From: Candidatus Poribacteria bacterium | GTDB lineage: Bacteria; Poribacteria; WGA-4E; WGA-3G | Assembly: GCA_965205025.1 (NCBI GenBank) | Contig: CBDBFU010000033.1 | Span: 45,674 to 109,673, forward strand | Length of the DNA stretch: 64,000 nucleotides | Direction: 5' to 3' | Shown: positions 51,645-62,276 of the stretch, one piece after another | How positions within the stretch are numbered: the stretch's first letter is position 1 | Layout: each line of letters begins with the position of its first letter | Program-made: the position numbers and the translations under genes | Notes under the pieces: model-generated | Told to the model about the DNA's origin: nothing | What the model saw: only the letters and a program-made list of their open reading frames with translations | The model's database searches: none

Positions 51645-52595
51645 TTATTTCTTTTCAGCCACCCATTTAATATATTCTACTTTATATGTATCCCAATTCT
51701 CAGTTGGTGGAATATCAAATAAACCTGATGTCCAAACATTTGGTTTTTCTTGTATTCTTAAAAGCATGTCACGTGCATTCAGATAATGACAATATTCCTC
51801 GATATTCTGAATTCTAACACCATGATCAAGCAAGTTTTGAAGCCATTCATTACGAGGTAAGGACGAATCCATCTCTTCTAATGAGATCAACTTTCCTCCA
51901 TATTTCAATATTTCCACACCATTCATCACATAAGTATTACTGATAGTAGTATTCTCATGTCTATCATTGTATTGTTCATCATACATATTCATTAATGATT
52001 CAACAGAACTCTGATTGTTGTGAGGTCCTGAGGATACATTCGATGCAACATGTATATTTTCAGTATGAAAACTCCCAGAAACGTTTTCAAAATTCTCTTT
52101 ATGATTTTGAACTTGTTCATTGATGCTTTCCACATGTTCATCTGCTTTATCTCGAAATTCATCAATCTGTTCACGGATTTTCTCAATTTGCTCGTTAGCA
52201 GTCTCTTCCTTATGTTCAAATTGTTCACGTATCCTTTCAATACGCTCTTCATACGATTCTTGACTCCGTTCAATTTCATTTTCGATTTTCTCAATTTGTT
52301 CTTGAATATTCCGCTCTTTTTCCTCTGATTCCTCCTCCATCTTTTCCATCTGCTCTTCAATAATTCTATGATGTGATTCCAATTCTTCGTTTAATTTTTC
52401 TATCTGGTCTACAGCAGACTCAGTATCAAGACGTTGTTGATTCTCTATTTCATCTATTTGGTGTTCAATACTCGTTCGATATTCATCAATTTGGCTTTGT
52501 ATTCTTTCAATTTGTTCATCCGCAACACGTTCATTTTCATCAAACCAAGTTTTTGTTCGGTTAATAAGTTCTTCAAATGATTCTAAGATGTTCAT
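51645..52595 (-). CDS. Acidic 18-residue-repeat helical protein with C-terminal globular domain
   Basis: Eight 18-aa repeats (EQIEKIxxQI...) followed by a PRNEWLQNLLDHGV...IPPTENWDTYK domain. Confidence 0.8.
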   Translation of the reverse strand: MNILESFEELINRTKTWFDENERVADEQIERIQSQIDEYRTSIEHQIDEIENQQRLDTESAVDQIEKLNEELESHHRIIEEQMEKMEEESEEKERNIQEQIEKIENEIERSQESYEERIERIREQFEHKEETANEQIEKIREQIDEFRDKADEHVESINEQVQNHKENFENVSGSFHTENIHVASNVSSGPHNNQSSVESLMNMYDEQYNDRHENTTISNTYVMNGVEILKYGGKLISLEEMDSSLPRNEWLQNLLDHGVRIQNIEEYCHYLNARDMLLRIQEKPNVWTSGLFDIPPTENWDTYKVEYIKWVAEKK

Positions 52596-52622
52596 ATTTA
52601 TCTCCTAAATATTTTCTAATAG

Positions 52623-52650
52623 AGGGATAACAACTCTGTTGAAATCCCTC
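52623..52650 (-). terminator. Hairpin/terminator after the PhyH-HEAT gene
   Basis: GAGGGAT...ATCCCTC stem. Confidence 0.45.
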
Positions 52651-52690
52651 ATTTTTCAATTCAGTTTAACTATGCTGATTAGCTATAGAA

Positions 52691-54193
52691 TTAGAATGTA
52701 CTTTCACTATTTGTAACTGCACACCAACGAGCCATAAGTAAATAATCCAAAAGTGCTGTCTCCGCCTCTGGAGTGCCAATACGTTTTAGTGCATGAATTG
52801 AATTGTCTCGAACATACCGATTACTATCACTGAGAGAATCTTTCAGTATAGGAATTGCATCACTGGAAGCAGGACCAATTTGAGCTAATGCTAAAGCAGA
52901 TTCAAATCTTACTTGTGCATCTTCATCATTAGCCAATCTATCGATTAATACAGGGACTGCAGGTGCAGCAGCAGGTCCAATTGCCCCAAATGCTTCAGGA
53001 ATATAGCGTCGTACTTCAGCATTCGAATCTTTTGCTTTTTCAATCATTACATCCACTGCGGATTCTGCTCCACTGCCTATCTGTGCTAAAGCATAAGATG
53101 CTTCAACCCGTACTCCTTCATTTTCATGATTGATGGCTTCGTTCAGTGCAGGAACTGCTGGAGTACCAACTGCAGCTAATGCATAAGCAGCCATCCGTCT
53201 TGTTGACCCATTTTCATCAGACAGTTTTTCGATTAGAGTTGGGACAGCAGATTCACCTATTGCACCTAAGGCATACGCAGCATTTAGTCTTGCGGGTTCA
53301 TATTCATCACCTAAGAGATTCGCCAATTCTGGGATGGCATCTGTAGCAGCTTCTGCTAACATACCTAATTCATCTGCAGCATTGGAACGAACATCAGGAT
53401 TTTCATTCTTTAATTCTTCAACATGTGTGGATAAATTACCATTGGATGAATTTTCTCCATTTGTCGAACCAGACATCCAATTCCAAACATGTCGCCAAGT
53501 CGTTTGATGCTTCTTAGCGGCAGGATTACTCTTTTCATTGTAACCATTGATTTTCCAAGAAGAGTCTTCTGATTGCCATTCAGGTTCATTAGGTTCATCC
53601 AATCGGATAAACTGAAACTTCATCATATATCGAGTTTTGTCAGTACTGTTTGCCATTGCGCGATGCCATAGGTCAAAATGTATTACTGAAATAGTTCCTG
53701 CTTCACCACTAAGTGCTACTTCTCCATCATTATTATCAGTTATTCGATGACTATAATATTGTGTTCCAGATAAGATTGCAGACGGACCAATTTCTACCGG
53801 AGTATCTTGTGGATAGTAAAACGCCATTGCCCATCTTGGAAGATGGTGTCTTACTTTTTGGTGTCCCCAATAACTATCCTTATGAAATCCTTGTCCACCA
53901 CTATGCGGGGTATTTCGATGCGGATGTCGATGTGAATGCATTACATAGTTTTTACCTAAAACACTTGTGAATGCCCCTCGAACTGCTGGATCTTCAAATA
54001 CCGCTTGTAGTTCAGGAACTCTGGGTAGGATGTTGTTTCCTAAGTTGCCTTCCTTTTCTGTATATTCTTGAGTTTTCCTATAGATTGTTTCATGAACACT
54101 TCGGGGTAAATCTGTTTTAATTGAGATGTACCCATTAATAATAAAATCCCTCATCTGATCATCGGTTAATAGATGTGACTGTTCTTGCATCAT
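52691..54193 (-). CDS. PhyH-like dioxygenase fused to HEAT/PBS-lyase repeats
   Basis: FHKDS (HxD) and HFDLWHRA...RYMMKFQF, then repeated VRxxAAxALGxIG units. Confidence 0.88.
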   Translation of the reverse strand: MMQEQSHLLTDDQMRDFIINGYISIKTDLPRSVHETIYRKTQEYTEKEGNLGNNILPRVPELQAVFEDPAVRGAFTSVLGKNYVMHSHRHPHRNTPHSGGQGFHKDSYWGHQKVRHHLPRWAMAFYYPQDTPVEIGPSAILSGTQYYSHRITDNNDGEVALSGEAGTISVIHFDLWHRAMANSTDKTRYMMKFQFIRLDEPNEPEWQSEDSSWKINGYNEKSNPAAKKHQTTWRHVWNWMSGSTNGENSSNGNLSTHVEELKNENPDVRSNAADELGMLAEAATDAIPELANLLGDEYEPARLNAAYALGAIGESAVPTLIEKLSDENGSTRRMAAYALAAVGTPAVPALNEAINHENEGVRVEASYALAQIGSGAESAVDVMIEKAKDSNAEVRRYIPEAFGAIGPAAAPAVPVLIDRLANDEDAQVRFESALALAQIGPASSDAIPILKDSLSDSNRYVRDNSIHALKRIGTPEAETALLDYLLMARWCAVTNSESTF

Positions 54194-54354
54194 ATATCTC
54201 CCTATAGAAATAAGGTTAAGATGAATAAGTTTTACCTACAAAACAAAGTATGACGTTGTATTGTATGATACTATTTTACTTGACATTATTTAATTTGTCA
54301 TATATTTTTTCAAGTGAAAACTAAATTTATTTGTATATAAGAAAGTATTGAAGC

Positions 54355-56272
54355 GTGTTACAACAAATATCCAGATCAAGCGTATCTTTCCGTGCAGTAT
54401 TCATCGGATTACTTTGTGCAACATTAGAATGTCTACTTGCCCCTTACAATGACTATGTTATCAGAAATATATTCTTGGCAGGTGGTCATTTTCCTGTCGG
54501 TCCATTCTTTATACTGATACTGTTTGTCTTAGGTATTAATATAATTCTAAAACATATCAATCCTAAATCTGCATTTTCTCCCGGTGAACTGATTACTATC
54601 TGGTGCATAATGCTAGCCCCAGCAGGTATTCCGTCATCAGGGATGATGCGTTATGCTATTAGTCCAATGGTAGCATATCAGTATTTTGCCACCCCAGAAA
54701 ACGATTGGGAATCACTATTCTTTCATTATATACCACATTGGCGTGTTGTTAGAGATGAGACTGCTATTACATCATTCTACAGAGGTTTATTCGCAGGTGA
54801 ATCTGTACCGTGGAGTGCTTGGATCACACCAATTCTGATTTGGAGTTCTTATGTCATTGTAGTATATTTTGTGATGATCTGTTTATCGGTATTACTCCGT
54901 AAGCAGTGGGTTGAGTATGAACGGTGCGCATTTCCATTGGTAAAACTACCAGTTGAAATGGCAACACAAGGTACAGGAAGGTTAGGTCCTTTGTTTAAAA
55001 ATAGTGCCCTCTGGTTTGGATTTGCATTTCCTGTATTCTTACATACGATAAATGGTCTCCATACATTCTTTCCTTCAGTCCCTCATATTCCACGGGATTT
55101 TTGGCTTAACCAATTTTTGACAGATAGACCGTGGAGTGCTTTGCGGCCATTTCAGATTGTGATTTTCTGGTCAATGGTAGGATTTAGTTACCTCTTAACC
55201 TTGGAAGTATCATTTAGCATCTGGTTTTTCTTTATTTTTTTATAAACTCCAATGTCTTATTGGAGTGTTACTTGGATTTCAATTGACATCTGGTCCTGGC
55301 GTGCAGTGGACTGGGAAGTCGTTTAGTGCAGCTCAGGAAACAGGAGCATGTTTGGTATTTGTAGCAATTGCTCTATGGAAAACAAGACATCATATTAGGA
55401 ATATGATAAAAACCGGTTCATCTGATGAAACCTTACCCTATGGGGTTACTATTATAGGGTTGATTTGTGGAATAAGTGTTCTTGTGTTTTTTAATCATAT
55501 GATGGGTATGTCAATATTATTCGCTATAGGATTTGTTCTGTTCCTACTTGCCATGTATATTGTTCTGACTTGGCAAGTGATAAATGGTGGTATTCCATTT
55601 ATTAATCCTTCGTTTTCTCCACAGAGTTTCTTTCTTACAACACTTGGTACATCAAAGATTCACCCATCTACATTGACATCATTGATGATGCATCCGGTAT
55701 GTTTAACACTTGACTTACGAGAGTTTATGATGCCGAATATTATGAACGGACTTAAGGCAGCTGATGAAGCACGGATTAAAAGACGACAACTTTTGATCGC
55801 AATGGCAATAGCAATGGTTATAGGTCTTGGTGTTTCCTATTATTCAGCACTTAAAGTGGGTTATGCCCATGGTGCCCCATATATGGGTGGCAGTTGGTTT
55901 ATGCGTCAACTTGAGGGATTGCTGACGAGTCCTAAAACAACAACAAACTGGACGAACACAGGTTTTATTGTATTTGGGGGTGGATTTACAGGGTGGTTGA
56001 TGTGGATGCGTCAGACATTTGTATGGTGGCCATTGCATCCTCTTGGTTACACAATGTTAAGTTCATGGGCAACATTTAAATTGTGGTTCTCTATTTTCCT
56101 GGGTTGGGGTATGAAGTTTGCAATAGTTAAATACGGGGGTTTGAAAGCTTATCGTAAAGCGAGACCTGTTTTTCTTGGATTAGTAATTGGTGAGATGACG
56201 TGTGCAGGTCTGTGGGCAATTGTTGGAATGGTTACAGGTATTAGTAGTGGATATAGAATACTACCAGATTGA
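54355..56272 (+). CDS. Polytopic membrane protein, DUF6785/DUF6784-like (putative peptide transporter); 1-nt frameshift near 55238
   Basis: RKQWVEYERCAFPL, WWPLHPLGY and RPVFLGLVIGE. Removing one T from the T-run restores FFIFYKLQ and joins both ORFs. Confidence 0.75.
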
Positions 56273-56284
56273 AATGATGAAAAT

Positions 56285-56322
56285 AAAAAAGCTGGTAGAT
56301 CTCATGAACTACCAGCCTTTTT
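56285..56322. terminator. Bidirectional intrinsic terminator
   Basis: GCTGGTAG...CTACCAGC flanked by A and T runs, between convergent genes. Confidence 0.8.
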
Positions 56323-56337
56323 GTATGGTATGAAAGT

Positions 56338-57102
56338 CTACTTGGATTTTAGGTGGCCCCATTGAGTTGCGAGTTTACTTTGAGGTTCAACAGGTGTGAG
56401 TCCGTCAGTATTCAAACTCTCAATCTCACCTGCTGTCAACGCTACATTGTAGATCCGTGATTCTTCAATATGAGCACTGAGTTCACCTGGTCCACTGGTA
56501 CCGTTGACATGACGTTTTCCCCAAATAGCTTCAGAATCACCAGCTTCCCAGGTTCTAAGATCACCTCTTCTAAAACTACCCATACTTTCACCATTACGAT
56601 AACCAGTAATTTCATATTGGTCATTTACATTCTTATAGGTAATTGCGACAAAAACTAAATCACCAGTTTCTGGTTCAGTAACAGCATTTGGAAAATCATT
56701 TGTCCTACGGAAATGACTACTCCCAGGCATCCACTGTTTATTAACCCTTTCTGCCCATACTATACCACAAAACTGATCAGTTGATACTTCATCTAATGTC
56801 AGAGCTGAGCCATTGGTCTTAGCATAACTATCTAATGCAACCCAAGAAGCTAAAGTCAACTCGGTTATGTCAGGTCCAGTGTAATCCAGGGCATGCGCCC
56901 ATTTACCTACATCAACGACTAATTGTCCACCTTCTATTGATGCACCATGTAAGACGATATCACCAAAGTTTCCGGTTTCTTCTTCAAGAGAATCAAAACG
57001 CCACCATCCAACCAAATTACCTTCTTGAACCTGTGCAGATATAGAAAGTGGTATACATACAATAATAAAAATACCTATAAAACAAAAAACATATTTTGGC
57101 AT
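56338..57102 (-). CDS. Secreted LamG-like protein, paralog 2
   Basis: Signal peptide, LVGWWRF, IEESRIYNVALT and the tail VEPQSKLATQWGHLK. Confidence 0.85.
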   Translation of the reverse strand: MPKYVFCFIGIFIIVCIPLSISAQVQEGNLVGWWRFDSLEEETGNFGDIVLHGASIEGGQLVVDVGKWAHALDYTGPDITELTLASWVALDSYAKTNGSALTLDEVSTDQFCGIVWAERVNKQWMPGSSHFRRTNDFPNAVTEPETGDLVFVAITYKNVNDQYEITGYRNGESMGSFRRGDLRTWEAGDSEAIWGKRHVNGTSGPGELSAHIEESRIYNVALTAGEIESLNTDGLTPVEPQSKLATQWGHLKSK

Positions 57103-57249
57103 GTGATTTATACTCCTAATTAATTGCTTTTTAGTAAGAATTATAACTATTATGACATATCCTGTTATTAGTCTATCTCAGAGTCCATAATTTCTAATAA
57201 ACTCTGAGATAAATCTTTATAAATTCCACAATTATGAGGATTGTGATAA

Positions 57250-58010
57250 TTATTGTCTCTTAATACTTGCCCAACGTGTTGCTATTTTTCCTTGAGCTTC
57301 AACTGCAAGACCACCAACAGTTAAATCCTTAACTTCGTCAGCGGTGAGAGCAACATTATAGATACGGGATTCTTCAATATGAGCATTTAGTTCTCCAGGT
57401 CCAGCAAGACCATTAACGTGTCGTTTTCCCCAAATTGCTTCAGCATCACCTGCTTCCCAAGTTCTCTTATCACCTTTTTTTAAAACTCCCAAGACTTTCA
57501 CCATTACGATACCCAGTGATTTCATAAAGATTGCCTACAAGCTTATATGTTATGACAATGTTCATCATTTCACCAGTATCTTTTTCTGTTACAGCCTTTG
57601 GAAAATCATCTGTACGCCGAAAATGACTACTTCCCGGCATCCACTGTCTATCTTTTCTTTCTGCCCACACAATAGCACAGAACTGATCAGTTGATACTTC
57701 ATCTAAAGTAAGAGCAGAACCGTTTGTTTTGGCATAATTATCTAAACTAACCCAAGTGACCAAACTTAATTCTGAGATATCTGGACCTTCGTATTCTAAT
57801 GAATGAGCCCATTTTCCTGTTTCGACGACTAATTGCCCTTTTTCGATTTTTGCACCGTGAAGTACAACATTACCGAAGTTACCTGTTTCCTCTTTTTCGT
57901 TATTAAATAACCACCAACCGACAAGGTTTTTCTCTTGTACTTGTGCAATTGCGGTGATTGAAAAAACAAAACATTAGTAATAGCACGGCACTGATGTAAC
58001 GAACTTTCAT
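57250..58010 (-). CDS. Secreted LamG-like protein, paralog 1 (two +1 homopolymer frameshifts near 57965 and 57478)
   Basis: ATG 58010 with a GGAG RBS. It is collinear with 56338-57102 once one base is removed from each run. Tail VEAQGKIATRWASIK. Confidence 0.8.
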
Positions 58011-58278
58011 TCTAAGTTACTCCTTTTATGTTAACATAGTTAGAGTCTAATCAGTTATAAAGATTGTTTAAACCTTCTATTGTTGTTTGAATAGAGGAAT
58101 TATTGATTAGTTGTTAAATTACCTTAGCGAGACACTATTGAAAATTTATATATGATCACTGAAAACAACATAGTTAGACATTTTGTATTGACATTAAAAT
58201 AGCAAATTTATTATGGGTTTACAAGATAAAACTGATATACTTCGATAAATCTAATTGATGTTCGGATTTAAAATCTCA

Positions 58279-59718
58279 TCAATCTTCATCATTAGAATCA
58301 GACTTAGGTATTTTTGAAATTAATCCGTCTTTTTCAATAATTGCATGACGTGTAATATGCCACAATGGACTATGACCTCCTTTACCGTCAGGAGCTACAG
58401 ACTGCCAAGCCCCAAAGTGAAATGTCATAGCAACATAGTCTCTTTGAGCGTCTGTATGAGTTGTCCCAAACACATCATGCTGAGTCCAGTTAGTATAATT
58501 AACAGGTTCACCACTATCCCATTTCCACACACCTTCTTCTTCAACGTCGTTTAAACCTATCCAATATGGTTGTCGACCAAATATTGTCTGAAGCCAAAGT
58601 TGTTCGTTAACATCAGTGATAGAGACAAGATGAGCAAGTTCATCAATCGCAGTTTGTTGTGCATCATGCCAATTCTCACATTGGATTTTCTTATATGCAT
58701 GTCCATTAGCAGGATTTATAATCCATACCTCTTTTTTTCTATGTTCTTGTTTTTGTTTGGCAATTTGTTCCTGTTTTTGCTGTTGAATTAACTTCTGAAA
58801 TTCAACCGGATCAATGTTCGGTGGTGTTTGTTGTCCTATACCATTTCCAGGTCGAGATCTAATGAGTTTTTCAAGGTCGTTATCAGCTGGGTTGCCATCC
58901 AATTTAATTACAAGATTCTCTGGTGCTGGGGTTTCATAATCCAATTGAAATGGGGTTACGCCTCCCTTAAAATTTTGATATTCAACTGACACTGTATATA
59001 TTCCTGAATCACTACGATAGTATGTGAAATATCCTGAGTCATCTGTAAATGCACTTGTTCCATAGCTTCCGCTACCCTGATCACCTTTTACTATCATATT
59101 CAATCTTATTCGAGTATTTTTGATTGGATTTTCATCCTTTGAAACTACTTGAGCTTTTATTTTCAATAGTTGCTTTACTCTAATTTTTGTATTCTCAAAC
59201 ATTTCACTTGAATCTAATGCGAATGTTAATTTTTCATCTGGTCCAAATTCTTCTTCATTCTCATAAAGTGTAATCTTCCCAATTTGTATGGATACAATCT
59301 GTTTATCTGCCTTATGTGTATTGGGGTTTTCGGGAGTTATTATTAGTTGTATAAATCCTTTTGGAAGACTCTTGGTAGTAAACTTTCCTTCTTGATCTGT
59401 CTTGACAATTACCGGAAATTTACTCTGTTTAATTTCATCATTATTGTTTGGATTCAGTTGAAATGGTATTGGCAACACTACATGACGTGGCAAAAATCGA
59501 CCCCATACACCATCTTCTATTGGCTCTAAGTGGTCTCCTACTTGTTTCATAGGCATGATTGAAATTGAGACGTTTTCAATTGGATTATCTTCTATATCTA
59601 CGACTGTACCAGATAGAGTAGGATTTTCAGTATTCTGGTTAGTATCAATTTCTTCAGCAACTATATTCATTGAAGAAATAAGATATAGGAATATAAAAGT
59701 AAGGATTGCAATTCTCAT
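58279..59718 (-). CDS. Secreted protein: carboxypeptidase-regulatory-like beta-sandwich domains + C-type lectin-like domain
   Basis: LSGTVVDIEDNPIENV and TDQEGKF, then HAYKKI...WHDAQ...HLVSI...YWIGLND...WKWDSGEPVNYTNW. Confidence 0.85.
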   Translation of the reverse strand: MRIAILTFIFLYLISSMNIVAEEIDTNQNTENPTLSGTVVDIEDNPIENVSISIMPMKQVGDHLEPIEDGVWGRFLPRHVVLPIPFQLNPNNNDEIKQSKFPVIVKTDQEGKFTTKSLPKGFIQLIITPENPNTHKADKQIVSIQIGKITLYENEEEFGPDEKLTFALDSSEMFENTKIRVKQLLKIKAQVVSKDENPIKNTRIRLNMIVKGDQGSGSYGTSAFTDDSGYFTYYRSDSGIYTVSVEYQNFKGGVTPFQLDYETPAPENLVIKLDGNPADNDLEKLIRSRPGNGIGQQTPPNIDPVEFQKLIQQQKQEQIAKQKQEHRKKEVWIINPANGHAYKKIQCENWHDAQQTAIDELAHLVSITDVNEQLWLQTIFGRQPYWIGLNDVEEEGVWKWDSGEPVNYTNWTQHDVFGTTHTDAQRDYVAMTFHFGAWQSVAPDGKGGHSPLWHITRHAIIEKDGLISKIPKSDSNDED

Positions 59719-59721
59719 TAA

Positions 59722-60985
59722 TTATCTCCTAATATGGTTTTCTTCTTCAATCTCAGTAACAAGATCCTCAGGATTATAGATTTCTTTTTCTAAGATTGTA
59801 TATTCAGTTATTTTTGTAATTGGACTATCTGGAATACCGATATCCCATTGTCTTGATTTACCAATTAAGATTGTATGGTATTTATTTTCAGTATCCTTTT
59901 CGTCAAGTTTTGGTTCAGAAATCCAATTTGAATAAGTAAGAGCTTCACCAGTATTCCATGTTTTTTCACCTGCTACCAGACCGATCCAGTAATTCGTATC
60001 ACCAAACACTTCAAGTACCCAATGTTGTTCCCCCTCATCATTGATAGTTAATAAATGTGCGTTTTCTTCAGTAGCAATTGCTTTTGCTTCTTGTAGACTC
60101 TTACATTTTACTTTCTTGTATGCATGTCTATTTTCTGGATTAATTGCCCACACACCATGCTCCATGAGATTCATAAAAGCCCTCATATTGGGAGGAGGAC
60201 CACCTCGTTGATTTCTGACTATTTTCAGCTTTCTTCTGTTGTTGTAGTTCATTTTCATTGGTGTTACGTGTTAATTTTAAGACGAGATTTTCAATTTGTT
60301 GTCCTTCTTCCACCTTGATAGGTTTTGATTCAACGGATAAACCTTGGTATTGGATTTTAACTGTGTAACTTCCCGGACGGTTTAGATAGTGGACAAAACG
60401 ACCTTCATCATCGAGTGTACTATTACCACTTCTTCGTCTATTTCCCCCTTCCATAATATCAAGCTTAACAGAAGTATTTCTTAGTGGTTCATCGTCAGAG
60501 GAGACTACTTGTCCACGAAGAGCTATCCGACGTTTAACTGTAATTTCCAAACTATTGATGATTGTGTTTTTTGGAATTGCAAATTGTAATCCACTGTATC
60601 TTAAAGTATGAAGATTAGTAAATAACCTTATTCCTTCTATCTTAATGCCAGCGATTTCATACTCAGATTTATTGGGAAGTTCACTAAATTTTAAAATCAT
60701 AAACTTTTTGGGTTCAAATTCTGCAAACCTGAAGTTACCCAATTTGTCTGAATCAGTCCGTAATAACTGTTGTATATCCTGATGTTCAATTGGCATACCT
60801 CTCCGAGGATTAAGTTTATCTGTTATATAGATGGACAGATTAAAACCTTCGACTGGTTTGCCTTCTTTATCTATTACAATCCCTGATAATTGACTGTTTG
60901 CTATACAAATATTTGTCAAGAATATCAGGTTTATCATACAAAAGATGATGAAAATAATTAGTAGCTTGGAATGAGAACTTTTCAT
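59722..60985 (-). CDS. Secreted paralog with C-type lectin-like domain (frameshift near 60220-60250)
   Basis: ATG 60985 with an AGGAG RBS. ORF 60140 holds the beta-sandwich part and ORF 59722 holds HAYKKV...YWIGL...YSNW. Confidence 0.75.
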
Positions 60986-61168
60986 TTTGAAACTCCTATT
61001 GGATAGAGTAAAAACAATATGATCAGTACTTTGGAAAGATAGGTTACAAACAATAATAACATAGATGTTTACCAAATTTCAATTGTAAATATTTAATACT
61101 TTACATATCTGAGAATGCAGGTTATAAATATCCTCAATACTTATGAAAACCCGTGAATATAAACAATA

Positions 61169-61183
61169 TGGCACGAGAATTGC
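61169..61183 (+). promoter_or_regulatory. Sigma54 promoter consensus upstream of the TonB-like gene
   Basis: TGGCACGAGAATTGC is a perfect TGGCACG-N4-TTGC. Confidence 0.65.
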
Positions 61184-61294
61184 ATCTAAGATGAGTATAT
61201 GAATGTTAAAAAGTCTCAAGAAAATAATTATGGTAGTTATTTCGTTTGAATACATAGGAAATACTTACAATTAGATATTTTAGGTGTTAAAACT

Positions 61295-62125
61295 ATGAAC
61301 ATTATTGTCCAAATATTAAACAAGATTACCTTAATTAGTCTAAAACAAAACCTATCAATGATTCTCTCCATATTTATACATGGAGTGGGTATATCGATTA
61401 TTGGTATATCATCTGTTGATTCTCCTGACTATCAGATGAATGTGTTGGATGTAGATTTTGTTACTATACAAACACCAAAAAGGATAATTACCATTCCAAA
61501 GAAAAAATTGGTTACACCCAGAATAGATATCATGAAAACGACTGATCTATATCGTCCGAATAAGCATATTCAGTCTTCAACTGTAACAAATCAATTATAT
61601 AATAGTGATGAAATCATTTTGGGATCCACATCCATGTATGAACTTCACACGTGTGGTGATACAGACAATCGATTCTCTTCAATACACATTCCTATGAAAC
61701 AAAAAGAGATTGTAGTTGATAAGATGTTATCTTTTGCAAGACCTTCATTTATACGACCAGAAAAACAGACAAATGTGAATCTACCAGAATCTGATGACCA
61801 TGTAGTAACACCTTTACCATTAAACATTCCAGATATTTCTGAACCAACTCAAAATGCCAGTTTTATAAAAAAGGTTGATCCTCAATATCCTGAATCAGCA
61901 CGACTTACCCATCAAGAGGGTTTAGTGGTATTGGAAGCAACAATTGGGATAGATGGAAAAGCAACAGATATACGCGTTGTTGAGGTAATAAATGTGAGTG
62001 GACTTGGGTGTGAGGAATCAGCAATCCAAGCTTTGAAAGCTTCTCAGTTTGCCCCAGCAATGAGTGGAAATAGTATCATACCCCAACGGTTACGTATCCC
62101 ATACCGCTTCAGTTTAAAAAGTTAA
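61295..62125 (+). CDS. TonB-family energy transducer
   Basis: N-terminal TM with SIFIH (SxxxH) and C-terminal PQYPESARLTHQEGLVVL...FAPA...IPYRFSL. Confidence 0.85.
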   Translation: MNIIVQILNKITLISLKQNLSMILSIFIHGVGISIIGISSVDSPDYQMNVLDVDFVTIQTPKRIITIPKKKLVTPRIDIMKTTDLYRPNKHIQSSTVTNQLYNSDEIILGSTSMYELHTCGDTDNRFSSIHIPMKQKEIVVDKMLSFARPSFIRPEKQTNVNLPESDDHVVTPLPLNIPDISEPTQNASFIKKVDPQYPESARLTHQEGLVVLEATIGIDGKATDIRVVEVINVSGLGCEESAIQALKASQFAPAMSGNSIIPQRLRIPYRFSLKS

Positions 62126-62276
62126 TTATTCATTATTACTGCTTCTTTCCGTATTTACCCTTATATCTCTATTTTATTAATTACATCCCTTCCAGTTAGT
62201 TAGGAAAAAATCACTTGCCAAGATTATAGAATATTTCTATACTTTCCTATATTCTTGATGATGTAAGGAAAGATTT

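Noticed and set aside
58279-61075. Diversity-generating retroelement acting on the lectin genes
   Set aside because: No reverse transcriptase and no TR/VR pair differing at adenines was seen in the window.
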